DNA from: a virus
IMG/VR virus record: IMGVR_UViG_3300045988_129218
Strand: one strand, 5' to 3'
Length of the DNA: 64,000 nt
The first letter of the stretch is position 1. Every line of letters starts with the position of its first letter. This document shows positions 33,278 to 42,230 of the stretch, one piece after another. Below the pieces are notes generated by a model, which did not search any database, was not told the DNA's origin, and saw only the letters and a program-made list of their open reading frames with translations. Made by a program: the position numbers and the translations under genes.

Positions 33278-34429
33278 TCTCTTTTGTTCTTGGTTTGTGC
33301 CTTGGGCGGCGGGAAGTTTCTCTGCGGTACGGTAGAATTTCGCCATCTTGTTTTCCGCTTTCAGACGGTCTCGCTGGGCAAGGTGCAGGTAAATGTTATG
33401 GACGGTAGAACTATCCGACCATCCTCCCATGCTCATGACTTCGATTTCCGAAAGGCGCAGGTGGTAGCCAAGGGATGCAAAGGAGTGGCGCAAGCAGTGC
33501 TCCGTGATGCTGGGCAGTCCTGCTTTTTCAGCGATAATGTGTATGTGCCGGTTAATGGTGCTGGGCATTTGTCGTACAATGTAGCCGCTCTCCCCTTGCA
33601 GCTCAAGCAACTCTCTAAGGCGTGGGATCATGATTGGAATTATTCTGGTGGACTGCTTTGTTTTGTTGCGCCTTTTGAAAACCTCTTTGTTGTGCTCGTC
33701 GCGTACCACAGCGCCGGAAATAAGAATGTTGCCGTTCTTGATGTCAAAACTCTCTGGGAAACGCAGCGCCTTAATTTCAGACATTCGCAACCCGTGAAGC
33801 CCCAGCAGCATGGGGATCTCACAGGAATCACCTTTTGCCGCATCGCAAAACGCAATGATCTGTTGCGGGTCAAGAAACTGGCGCTCGCGCTTTTCCGGCA
33901 CAGGGAACAGGACGCGGGGAACCGTCATTTCGTTTGCTTGCATAACGGTAGTCATAAGTCCCCATGCGTTTTTTACGGACTTATCGGCCAGAACGGAAAG
34001 TGCGGCATTGATCTCCGCTTGCCAGTTGACTGGCGTGCTTATAGGCTTTTGCATAATGTCCTGAAAGCGATTTCGCTGAATGATTCGGTATCCTCGTATA
34101 GTTTCAGGGGAAAGAGACTCGGAACGGTCAGCAATATATTGATCTATGGCCTTAGACCATGTTAAGGCAGGCAGTTTCTTTTGCTGCTCCACAAAACCTG
34201 CGCGGACGGCTTTTGCTTTCGCAATACAGCGGTCTTTTGTCGTTTCGGTGACAGATCGCTTTTCCGCAGCGAGATATATGTGCCAGCTTCCAGAGGGGAG
34301 CTGCTTAGGCTCCGGGACTTTGATAATACCGTCCTTTTTGCGCTCCCGCACCTGCTTCTGGCCGCACCAGGGGCAGAACGTAGCGTTGTCGGGGACTTCG
34401 CGCTTACAGGACTTGCACTTCGTTGACAT
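33275..34429 (-). CDS. Tyrosine integrase with N-terminal zinc ribbon
   Basis: CKSCKREVPDNATFCPWCG. LRMSEIKAL, HCLRHSF, GGWSDSSTVHNIYLH catalytic signature. Confidence 0.9.
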   Translation of the reverse strand: MSTKCKSCKREVPDNATFCPWCGQKQVRERKKDGIIKVPEPKQLPSGSWHIYLAAEKRSVTETTKDRCIAKAKAVRAGFVEQQKKLPALTWSKAIDQYIADRSESLSPETIRGYRIIQRNRFQDIMQKPISTPVNWQAEINAALSVLADKSVKNAWGLMTTVMQANEMTVPRVLFPVPEKRERQFLDPQQIIAFCDAAKGDSCEIPMLLGLHGLRMSEIKALRFPESFDIKNGNILISGAVVRDEHNKEVFKRRNKTKQSTRIIPIMIPRLRELLELQGESGYIVRQMPSTINRHIHIIAEKAGLPSITEHCLRHSFASLGYHLRLSEIEVMSMGGWSDSSTVHNIYLHLAQRDRLKAENKMAKFYRTAEKLPAAQGTNQEQKR

Positions 34430-34636
34430 TTTGATATTTTTGTGTTACCCTACTGTTGTAGGCTCCTTTCTTTAAGACTCGTGATGGTGTTGGCGGGAAT
34501 AGAGCTTATATGGAAAAGCCGTCCGATTGGGCGGCTTTCTCTTTTTTGGCAAAAATTAACAAGAAACTTGTGAAAATTGTTCATCGAATCCAATAAACTT
34601 GTGGAATATAATGTAGAACGCGGCAGAACTGCTGTT

Positions 34637-35248
34637 CTATTTTCGGAGTGAGGTCTTCTTTGCAGTATCGCGCAGCACGCGGTATCCGACAATGCTGCAC
34701 ACGCCGATAGAAACAGGCACAAGAAGGATCACAAGCCACGCAAACGCTGAAGGTCCGTCTCGGAGGATGAAGCCGGCATGGGGATTGCGGAAATCAAAAA
34801 AAAGATAAACAATTAAGAACAGGGATAGGATCGCGGCAAAAATTGAAGAAAACACAGACCAGCGTTTGTAATGATCGCGCTGGCGGATAACGGCATCCAA
34901 GCGCTGGGTGCAAAGTCCGTTGACCTGCTTCAGGCGCACCACGTCGCCGGAGCTGACGGCGTTATCCAACTCCAGCTCGTGTATGCGTTCCTGCATGGCG
35001 GATGGAGCTGATGCGGGAGGCTGGATGTCAAACACTTGGTCGGCGGATATGCCGACGGCTTTCATCACCGCGACAGCATCGTACAGTTTTGGATCGCGCT
35101 CACCGGACTGCATTTTGCAGACGGCGGAATAGCTGACACCGGACAGTTCGGCCAGTTCCTCGTTGGTGATGCCCTTGTCCATTCTGGCTTTATGGACAAG
35201 GGCAGGGAAGTCCTGAATATGCTGTGCAAGTTCCTGAATTTCTGACAT
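34637..35248 (-). CDS. XRE-family HTH protein with C-terminal transmembrane segments
   Basis: ARMDKGITNEELAELSGVSYSAVCKMQSGERDP HTH. Two hydrophobic helices near the C-terminus. Confidence 0.65.
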   Translation of the reverse strand: MSEIQELAQHIQDFPALVHKARMDKGITNEELAELSGVSYSAVCKMQSGERDPKLYDAVAVMKAVGISADQVFDIQPPASAPSAMQERIHELELDNAVSSGDVVRLKQVNGLCTQRLDAVIRQRDHYKRWSVFSSIFAAILSLFLIVYLFFDFRNPHAGFILRDGPSAFAWLVILLVPVSIGVCSIVGYRVLRDTAKKTSLRK

Positions 35249-35478
35249 GATTTTCCCCTTTCTATTGGTAACGGATACTATTTCATCCGTAAAAGTCCAT
35301 ATTTGGGGGACAATTACCCAAATCGGGGAGTGATTCCCCAAAATGAACGTAGACACCGCGGCGCACATAGAGTACGATTGAACCAAGCAAACACCACAAA
35401 ACGACATACGAGGGGGCAGAGAAATGAACGAACGGGAAGCAAGGAAATTGGTCTCCACCCTGACGATGGAGGAAAAGG

Positions 35479-35832
35479 TCAGGCTTTACGAGCTGCTATC
35501 AGCGCTGCGGCAAAGCCCTGCACCTGCGCCAGTTCAGTAGGCGTAAGAGAACACAGCAACTTAACAAGGGCGGAATCGAGTTCGCTTTCCAGTTGGGAAG
35601 CGGGCTCTTTTTCTGTTTCATCGCCGTAAAGTTCGGTCAGCAAATAGGAGACGTCAATCTCCAGAACACGGGCAATAGCGCGAAGAGTGTCCATTGATGG
35701 TTTGGTCTTTCCTTTTTTGTAAAGAGCCATTGCCGATGGAGTGATGCCAGCAGTTTCATAGAACTCGGCTTTTGTCAGCCCCTTGGCTTTGCATAATTGC
35801 CAAATCTTGTAAACGAACAGTTCACCATTCAC
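35479..35832 (-). CDS. CI-like repressor (XRE HTH)
   Basis: LCKAKGLTKAEFYETAGITPSAMALYKKGKTKPSMDTL. Divergent from a Cro-like gene across an AT-rich region. Confidence 0.7.
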   Translation of the reverse strand: MNGELFVYKIWQLCKAKGLTKAEFYETAGITPSAMALYKKGKTKPSMDTLRAIARVLEIDVSYLLTELYGDETEKEPASQLESELDSALVKLLCSLTPTELAQVQGFAAALIAARKA

Positions 35833-36061
35833 AAAAGTATACCTCCCAAATTGTGCATTGCTACAAACATTGAAAAATGAAGTAGATTGCTCTTGAAATT
35901 GAGCAAATATTGAGTTAATATAAAGACACGCAAAATAAATCGAGCATATATATAGAGAGATGCTTCACCACAATCAAGTATAATTTGCTAAGTTATTTGA
36001 ACAGACAACCACATAATAAGGCGAATTTCAGGAAAAGTCAAGTATTTCTCAATTATTTTTG

Positions 36062-36274
36062 ATGGGAGATGAGAGATTGAGTTATAAGGAGCAAAGAAAG
36101 AAAGCCGGATATTCGCAGAAAACGGTGGCAGATCTGCTGGGGATAAGCGTTTCAGCGGTGAGCCTTTATGAGACAGGCAAGGCTGATCCTTCGGTGGCAG
36201 TTCTGCACAAGCTGTCTGCGCTGTACCGCTGTACGCTGGACGAGCTGATGAAGGGGGAGGGCAGAAAGAAATGA
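36062..36274 (+). CDS. Cro-like XRE HTH regulator (start uncertain: 36059 TTG, 36062 ATG or 36077 TTG)
   Basis: RKKAGYSQKTVADLLGISVSAVSLYETGKADPSVAVL. Confidence 0.65.
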   Translation: MGDERLSYKEQRKKAGYSQKTVADLLGISVSAVSLYETGKADPSVAVLHKLSALYRCTLDELMKGEGRKK

Positions 36275-37071
36275 ACGAGATGCAGGTATTCAATAACCCG
36301 GAGTTCGGGGAAGTTCGCACCATCGAGGAAAACGGTATTATCCTTTTCTGCGCCACTGACACGGCGCGGGCACTGGGATACAGCAACCCCCGCGATGCTA
36401 TTTCCCGCCATTGTAGGGGTGTCGTGAAACGCGACGGGGTCTCCTTGACCACAAACCAACATGGCGTAACAACAGAACAAAAGTCGGAAATGTCTTTCAT
36501 CCCGGAGAGCGACTTGTACCGCCTCGTGTTTAGCTCCAAACTTCCCACGGCGGAGAAATTCACGGACTGGGTAACAAAGGAAGTCCTGCCATCTATCCGC
36601 AAGACCGGCGGCTATGCGCTGCCCAAGGATTACCCCGCCGCCCTCCGCGCCTTGGCGGATGCGGAAGAAGCAAAACTGCGGCTCCTTGCGGAGAACCAGC
36701 AGCAGGCACAGGTTATCGCTGACTTTGAACCCATCCGGCAGTATGTGGACACCATCTTGGAGAGTAAGGGAACAATGGCTACCTCGCAAATCGCGGCGGA
36801 TTACGGCCTGACGGCGCAGAAACTCAACAAGATACTCCACGACGGCGGTATCCAGCGGAATGTGAATGGTCAGTGGCTTTTGTACGCCAAGCACATGGGC
36901 AGGGGCTATACCAAGTCCAAGACCATCCAGATCATCCGCTCTGATGGACGACCCGACACCATCATGCAGACGCAGTGGACGCAAAAGGGGCGGCTCATGA
37001 TCCACGAAATTTTGACCGCCCGTGGCATCGAGGCGGTCATGGACAGGAGGGTGCAGGTATGCCGAGAGTGA
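36271..37071 (+). CDS. Antirepressor (Bro-N + KilAC), close paralog of 9247-10059
   Basis: MQVFNNPEFGEVRTIEENG. The C-terminal ~150 aa are nearly identical to the island copy. Confidence 0.8.
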   Translation: MNEMQVFNNPEFGEVRTIEENGIILFCATDTARALGYSNPRDAISRHCRGVVKRDGVSLTTNQHGVTTEQKSEMSFIPESDLYRLVFSSKLPTAEKFTDWVTKEVLPSIRKTGGYALPKDYPAALRALADAEEAKLRLLAENQQQAQVIADFEPIRQYVDTILESKGTMATSQIAADYGLTAQKLNKILHDGGIQRNVNGQWLLYAKHMGRGYTKSKTIQIIRSDGRPDTIMQTQWTQKGRLMIHEILTARGIEAVMDRRVQVCRE

Positions 37072-37304
37072 CGTATTTGGACACAAAGAACCCCACGGAG
37101 GACAAGATCGTGACGCTGCTATACGGCGCACTGGAACGGGAGGGCGTTCAGAAGCAGGAGCTGGCCGAGGCGCTGGGCATGAAGCCGCACACGCTGCTTC
37201 GCCGTAGGAAATCCCCGCTGGACTTCACGCTGGGAGAGCTGCAAAAGGCCTGCCGCAAACTGCACATCCCCATCGAAGACCTTCGCGCCGCAATAACGCT
37301 ATGA
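37059..37304 (+). CDS. Hypothetical protein (81 aa)
   Basis: ATG overlapping the end of the upstream gene. Confidence 0.45.
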   Translation: MPRVTYLDTKNPTEDKIVTLLYGALEREGVQKQELAEALGMKPHTLLRRRKSPLDFTLGELQKACRKLHIPIEDLRAAITL

Positions 37305-37471
37305 GCTGGCGGTGTTTGATCTGCGGCGTGAGATTTGACACGCCGGTGGCCTGCGTGACAAAAGAGAATCTGGACGGGGAAAACGGCTGGGAAACACGCA
37401 GAGAATGTCTTTGCCCCGTGTGCGGAGAGGATTACATGGAGGAGACCGAGGATGAGCAGAACGCGGAATGA
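37301..37471 (+). CDS. Zinc-ribbon mini-protein (56 aa; below the ORF-track cutoff)
   Basis: Own translation MSWRCLICGVRF...CLCPVCGEDYMEETEDEQNAE. ATGA overlap. Confidence 0.4.
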   Translation: MSWRCLICGVRFDTPVACVTKENLDGENGWETRRECLCPVCGEDYMEETEDEQNAE

Positions 37472-37640
37472 GCACCGCCGGAACAGGAAATGGAAGATCC
37501 TGTTGGCCGTGAGCAGCTTCGCGGCGCTGGGTTTTCTTGGCGGCATCGAAACGGGCGGCTCGTTGTGGCTGCTGGTAGGAGAGGGAATATCCCTTGGCGG
37601 TGTGTGGGTGAGCTGCACGGTGCTGGGGCTGTATAAGTAA
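37452..37640 (+). CDS. Small membrane protein (62 aa)
   Basis: Basic N-terminus then two hydrophobic helices. Confidence 0.4.
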   Translation: MSRTRNEHRRNRKWKILLAVSSFAALGFLGGIETGGSLWLLVGEGISLGGVWVSCTVLGLYK

Positions 37641-37671
37641 ACAAAAATATAATTTGGAGGAGTACACGACT

Positions 37672-38265
37672 ATGAAAGAGATCAAAGTGAAACTGACATT
37701 TACCGAACCGGTGCTGGGAACCTACCCCGGTGACCCCGACATCTACCGCACGTTCGTGGCAAGTAATTCCCCGGATGCTGCTACGATGGAGGACGAGGTA
37801 GCCGCCATCGGTGTGGACGGCGTGGTGGAGAAGGGTAAGACCGTCTTTCCGAAGCTGGATGACGGAACACCGTTCTTCTACGACTATCAGATCAAGGGCT
37901 TTTTCAAGGACACCTGCGGTGGCCTGCGGAAGGTTAAGGAAACTAAGTCCAGCAGCATCAAGGCGTTCAAGAAAGAAATCGACAAACTGATTTTTGTGGA
38001 ACCTCGTACTATTCCGATCCTGTTTGACGGAGAGATGGGCGAGTGCTGCCGCCCGCTGCGGGCGCAGACGATGCAGGGTGAGAGAGTAAGTTTGGCGCTG
38101 TCAGAGCAGATCCCCGCAGGGGCAACGTGCGAGTTTACCATCGTTCTTCTGAGTGACGACCACGAGAAAGCCGTGCGGGAGTGGCTGGACTACGGGCGGT
38201 TCTCCGGTATCGGCCAGTGGCGCAACAGCGGCAAGGGTCGGTTTCGCTGGGAGGAGATCGTGTAA
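37672..38265 (+). CDS. Hypothetical protein (197 aa) ending GIGQWRNSGKGRF
   Basis: GGAGGAG RBS. First gene of the recombination region. Confidence 0.5.
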   Translation: MKEIKVKLTFTEPVLGTYPGDPDIYRTFVASNSPDAATMEDEVAAIGVDGVVEKGKTVFPKLDDGTPFFYDYQIKGFFKDTCGGLRKVKETKSSSIKAFKKEIDKLIFVEPRTIPILFDGEMGECCRPLRAQTMQGERVSLALSEQIPAGATCEFTIVLLSDDHEKAVREWLDYGRFSGIGQWRNSGKGRFRWEEIV

Positions 38266-38589
38266 CGCAACGGTATAGATATGCAGTGCTTAGACGTGCT
38301 CCGCGAAGGAACGGCGAAGAATCGGATAGCGTAGCAAGGGTGTAGCGAGGATACGCATCGGTAAGCACCGCAACGGACCAGCTATGTAGGGATGTGTATT
38401 GCCAAGGATTAGCTGAGCTATGACTCGCATTGCAATGGATTGGCGTCGCACTGGACAGCAGAGACACGCGGAGGAAAAGCGGAGAGCAACTATGTATAGC
38501 AACGGCATTGGAGTGAACAGCGTTGTATTGCCTTGCGATGGGATAGCACGGAATAGATTTGCGTATAGGCGCACGGGACAGGAGAGGAT

Positions 38590-38724
38590 ATGGTGGGAAT
38601 AACAACAGAGCAGGTGGCGGCGATCAACGCGGCGCTGGAGAAGAACTACCGCATTGAGCTGATACCGCTGAAGGACGGTGTGAAGATCGTCAAGGTCAGC
38701 AGGGCAGAGATCAAAGCCAAATAA
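38590..38724 (+). CDS. Mini-protein (44 aa; below the ORF-track cutoff), paralog of 57455-57631
   Basis: Own translation MVGITTEQVAAINAALEKNYRIELIPLKDGVKIVKVSRAEIKAK, after GGAGAGGA. Confidence 0.4.
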   Translation: MVGITTEQVAAINAALEKNYRIELIPLKDGVKIVKVSRAEIKAK

Positions 38725-38758
38725 TGTACCCCTCCTAAGTCGCTTGGAGGGAAGGGCG

Positions 38759-38812
38759 GAGCGTCGTCGAGTGGTTCGGAATTTCCGAACTCCTTGGCGG
38801 CGCTTTTTTGTT
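38759..38812 (+). terminator. Hairpin + T6 just upstream of the exonuclease gene
   Basis: GTTCGGA-att-TCCGAAC core inside an imperfect outer stem, then TTTTTTGTTT. Confidence 0.45.
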
Positions 38813-38824
38813 TGTCAGAAAGAG

Positions 38825-39475
38825 GTGAGAAAAACGCAGAGATTGCATTTTGAGGACAGAGAGACTTGGTTGGCAGGGCGAAATACGCAGGGGATCGGCG
38901 CCTCAGAAGCCGCCGCCGTTGTAGGCGTTTCCCCGTGGATGACGCCGCTGGAGCTGTGGCGGCTGAAGGTGGGCGCGGCACAGGCGAAGGATTTGAGCGG
39001 CAGCGTGGCGGTGAGCCGTGGCGTGCGGATGGAGCCGGTACTGCGCGACCTGTACGCTGCCATGCACCCCCATTACGCCGTGGACTACCACGCCTACGAC
39101 ATTCTGTACCAAGAGGACAGACCGTGGCTGTTTGCCACGCTGGACGGCGAGGTGACGGACGATCAGGGGCGGCGGGGCATTTTGGAGATCAAAACCTCCA
39201 CCCCCAACGGCAAACTTGGCTGGGCGAAGTGGGACGGGCGCGTACCTGACAACTACATGACCCAGATCCTGCACCAAATGCTGGCCACCGGCTGGGACTT
39301 TGTAGACCTGCTGGCCTCGCTGGAGAACATGGACGGCGATCTGAGCATACGCACCTACCGCTTTGAACGGACAGAGTTGACCGATGACTTGGCGTGGCTT
39401 TTGGAGCGGGAGGAGGACTTTTACAAAAATCATGTGCTGATCGGCACACCACCGGCGGCGATTTTAAGAATGTGA
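38825..39475 (+). CDS. YqaJ-type (lambda-exonuclease-like) recombination exonuclease
   Basis: GIGASEAAAVVGVSPWMTPLELW...ILEIKT... pattern. GTG 38825 or TTG 38843 as start. Confidence 0.75.
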   Translation: MRKTQRLHFEDRETWLAGRNTQGIGASEAAAVVGVSPWMTPLELWRLKVGAAQAKDLSGSVAVSRGVRMEPVLRDLYAAMHPHYAVDYHAYDILYQEDRPWLFATLDGEVTDDQGRRGILEIKTSTPNGKLGWAKWDGRVPDNYMTQILHQMLATGWDFVDLLASLENMDGDLSIRTYRFERTELTDDLAWLLEREEDFYKNHVLIGTPPAAILRM

Positions 39476-39487
39476 AGGAGGACAAAC

Positions 39488-39826
39488 ATGAAACTGAAAC
39501 TGACGATGAGCAACGCGGAAACGGGTGAGGTGCTGCGCGAGGAAACCGACCTGGACTTTGCCATGATGAGCTTCGGGCGCAAGACGGAGGAGGGAATGGC
39601 TTTCCAATCTGTAACGCGGGGAGAGGATATGACCGCCGTGGATTTTGCGAATTGCCTGACCGGCGTTGACAATGCCGTGGAAAAGAACCTCCGCGACAAC
39701 AACGCCGTGCGTGTGGCCTACGCGCTGGCCAAGCTTGGCGTTCTGGGAAAGAGCGTAGACGCGAGCGCAGAAGCGCGGCCCGGAGATGTCGCTGCCGATG
39801 CCAAGAAGGAGGTTGAGCAGGCATGA
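39488..39826 (+). CDS. Hypothetical protein (112 aa)
   Basis: GAAGGAGGA RBS. Confidence 0.45.
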   Translation: MKLKLTMSNAETGEVLREETDLDFAMMSFGRKTEEGMAFQSVTRGEDMTAVDFANCLTGVDNAVEKNLRDNNAVRVAYALAKLGVLGKSVDASAEARPGDVAADAKKEVEQA

Positions 39827-40059
39827 TCGTAAAGGCAATGTATTACAAGCCGTGGCAGAAGGGATACAGCGGACGGGCGTACACCTTCCGCACGAACCTG
39901 CCGTTGCAACCCGGCGACCATGTGCTGGTGCCGGGCAGCGAGGCGGACGAAAAGCCCGCCATGATTACCGAGGTTGATCTGCCGGAGAGCGTCATTGACC
40001 CGGCGTGGGCTGACCGGGTGAAGTGGATCACCCAGATGGATACGGAGGTGCGGGCATGA
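39823..40059 (+). CDS. Hypothetical protein (78 aa)
   Basis: ATGA overlap in operon. Confidence 0.45.
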   Translation: MIVKAMYYKPWQKGYSGRAYTFRTNLPLQPGDHVLVPGSEADEKPAMITEVDLPESVIDPAWADRVKWITQMDTEVRA

Positions 40060-40979
40060 GCGGGATGGTGGAATTTCGCATCACCTCCGACTTGCAGGAG
40101 ATCCGCAAGCAGGCCATTACCACCAACTACGCCGATGTAAAGGCGTGGGTGGACGGCGTGGCGGAGCAGTACCGCAGCATTGTGGTGACGGAGGACGGCG
40201 TACAAGCCGCCAAGCAGGACAGGGCGAACCTCCGCAAGCTGCAAGCCAACATCGATCAGGTACGCAAGGAATGCCGTGCGGCGGCGTTGGCGGTATCCGC
40301 GGAAACGGAGGCCAACTGCAAGGAGCTTGTGGCGACACTGGAAACCGCCGTACAGAACCTCGACACACAGGCCAAGGCGTTTGAGACCCAGCGCAAGGAG
40401 GAAAAGAAAAATCGTCTTTCTGCTTACTTCGATCAGGCGGTTTGCGACATGGCGGAGTGGCTGACCTTTGATGACTGCTTTAACTCCAAGTGGCTGAACG
40501 CCACCTACCCTGAGAGCACGGCACAGATGGACATAAACGCCGCCATAGACCGCTGCCGCGCCGACCTGAACGCCATCCGTGCTTTGCACAGCGAGTTCGA
40601 GACCACGCTGCTGGACGAGTACACCCGTACCCGGAACATCAGCGCGGTGCTGGTGAAGAACGAGACACTGTGCCGCATGAAGGCCGTCGAGGAGGAGCGA
40701 AAGCGCAAGGAAGCGGAGGCCGCGGCGAAGTACGAGGAGCAGAAAGCCGCCTGTGCTGCTGTCCGCATGGCGTCCGCCGGTGACGCTGTAATTGAAGAAC
40801 ACAGTGAAGTCGGACAGGTCATCGCCGCCGTGGAGCGCGAAGCATTTGAGCGTGCCGTGTCTGAGCCGGAACCTACCTACACCGTGGATTTCCGCGTATT
40901 CGGTACGGCGGCGCAGTTGGACGAGCTGCGTGTGTACATGAGGACTAAGGGCATCCGCTTTGGGCGTGTGCCGGAATAA
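40056..40979 (+). CDS. DUF1351-like phage protein
   Basis: NYADVKAWVDGVAEQYRSIVVTEDGVQAAKQDRANLRKLQANIDQVRKE matches the DUF1351 N-terminal pattern. Adjacent to recT, as is usual. Confidence 0.55.
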   Translation: MSGMVEFRITSDLQEIRKQAITTNYADVKAWVDGVAEQYRSIVVTEDGVQAAKQDRANLRKLQANIDQVRKECRAAALAVSAETEANCKELVATLETAVQNLDTQAKAFETQRKEEKKNRLSAYFDQAVCDMAEWLTFDDCFNSKWLNATYPESTAQMDINAAIDRCRADLNAIRALHSEFETTLLDEYTRTRNISAVLVKNETLCRMKAVEEERKRKEAEAAAKYEEQKAACAAVRMASAGDAVIEEHSEVGQVIAAVEREAFERAVSEPEPTYTVDFRVFGTAAQLDELRVYMRTKGIRFGRVPE

Positions 40980-40997
40980 CGGAAGGAGAGAAACACC

Positions 40998-41298
40998 ATG
41001 AAAGTCCAGAACCAGAGCAATTTTACCCAGATGGCACAGCAGAAGAAGCAGAAATTCAGCATGGCGATCACCGCCCCCAGCGCACAGCAGATGATCTCCC
41101 GCGCCCTCAAGAACGAGCGCATGGCGGCACGGTTTACCTCCACTCTGATCTCCGCCGTCAGCGCCAGTGAGCAGCTCAAGGCGTGTGACCCCGGCACCAT
41201 CATTGCCGCCGGTCTGCGGGGCGAGGGCATGGGCTTGATCTATGGCCACGGCTATTACATCGTCCCCTACGGCAGCGTGGCCCAGTTCAATCTTGGCT
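40998..41298 (+). CDS. recT: recT exon 1 (RecT-family single-strand annealing protein)
   Basis: ...GLRGEGMGLIYGHGYYIVPYGSVAQFNLG then TAA. Continues in frame at 42231 if the intervening 932 nt are removed. Confidence 0.75.
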
Positions 41299-42230
41299 AA
41301 ACTTTTATGGTCAAGTAAAACCGCGTGAACCCTATTACTCAGGGGTGTGCCGCCACAAGGCGGTGCTAACGGTGAAACCCGTCGAAAAAGGGCAATACCG
41401 TGCTGCGGTATTTTATTGGAGACAAGTATGACAGGTATTTATTTGATAACCAACAAGGTTTCTGGCGGTTCCTATGTTGGGAAAAGCGTAGATATTCACC
41501 GAAGATTTATTGAACACAGAACGGTGAATGCTGAACATAACGGAAGCTTGAAGGCAGCATTTTTGAAATACGGGGTTGAGTGCTTTTCTTTTGAAGTTTT
41601 GGAGGAGTGCCCTGTTGAGATGCTGAATGAGCGAGAAATGTACTACATCGATAAATTGAATCCTTCTTATAACCGCACAAAGGGTGGAGACGGGCGATCT
41701 CGAAGATTGACTCCGGCTGAAAAGGAACATTTGCGCCAGTGCGGAAAACGCCAATGGGCCAATATGTCCGAATCAGCAAGAGAGACGCAAATTCGCAACA
41801 ACCTGAAAGGTCCTAAAGTTGGCCATCCTGTATCACAGGAAACGCGAGAAAAGCTTAGAAAAGCTAACATTGGGAAAACTGCCAGCCCCGAAACAATTGC
41901 AAAAAGAAAAACAACTATGGCAAAAAAAGGCATTGAGTTGTTTAACGGAAAGCGTTATATGCGCCCCATCCGCTGCATTGAAACGGGCGAAACCTTTGAG
42001 AGTTTGAAAGAAGCCGAAAAAAAGTACGGGCTAACAACTCTCTGCGCCCACTTAAAGGGGAAATACAAAACCTGTAAAGGTCTTCATTACGAATACTTGA
42101 GTGTAGAGACTACCCGTGATGAATGTAGCGGGGTAGGGCAGAAGATGAGTTACTGCCCGAAGTGCGCGGCACACAAAAAAGTGTGAAGAGATAGTCCACC
42201 CCGGCGCGATGATAAAGCGCCGGAATAGTG
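41299..42230 (+). mobile_element. Group-I-intron-like insert with homing endonuclease ORF
   Basis: P1 CTTGGCT/GGTCAAG with a U.G pair. R-like GAGACTAC and S-like GATAGTC (P7 GACTA/TAGTC). P9-like hairpin at 42201-42223. Terminal G at 42230. Confidence 0.75.
41428..42186 (+). CDS. GIY-YIG homing endonuclease (intron-encoded)
   Basis: GIYLITNKVSGGSYVGKS...RRFIEH...ECFSFEVLE...REMYYIDKLNPSYN, plus repeated G..VS.ETR.K-type NUMOD3-like motifs. Confidence 0.8.
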   Translation: MTGIYLITNKVSGGSYVGKSVDIHRRFIEHRTVNAEHNGSLKAAFLKYGVECFSFEVLEECPVEMLNEREMYYIDKLNPSYNRTKGGDGRSRRLTPAEKEHLRQCGKRQWANMSESARETQIRNNLKGPKVGHPVSQETREKLRKANIGKTASPETIAKRKTTMAKKGIELFNGKRYMRPIRCIETGETFESLKEAEKKYGLTTLCAHLKGKYKTCKGLHYEYLSVETTRDECSGVGQKMSYCPKCAAHKKV

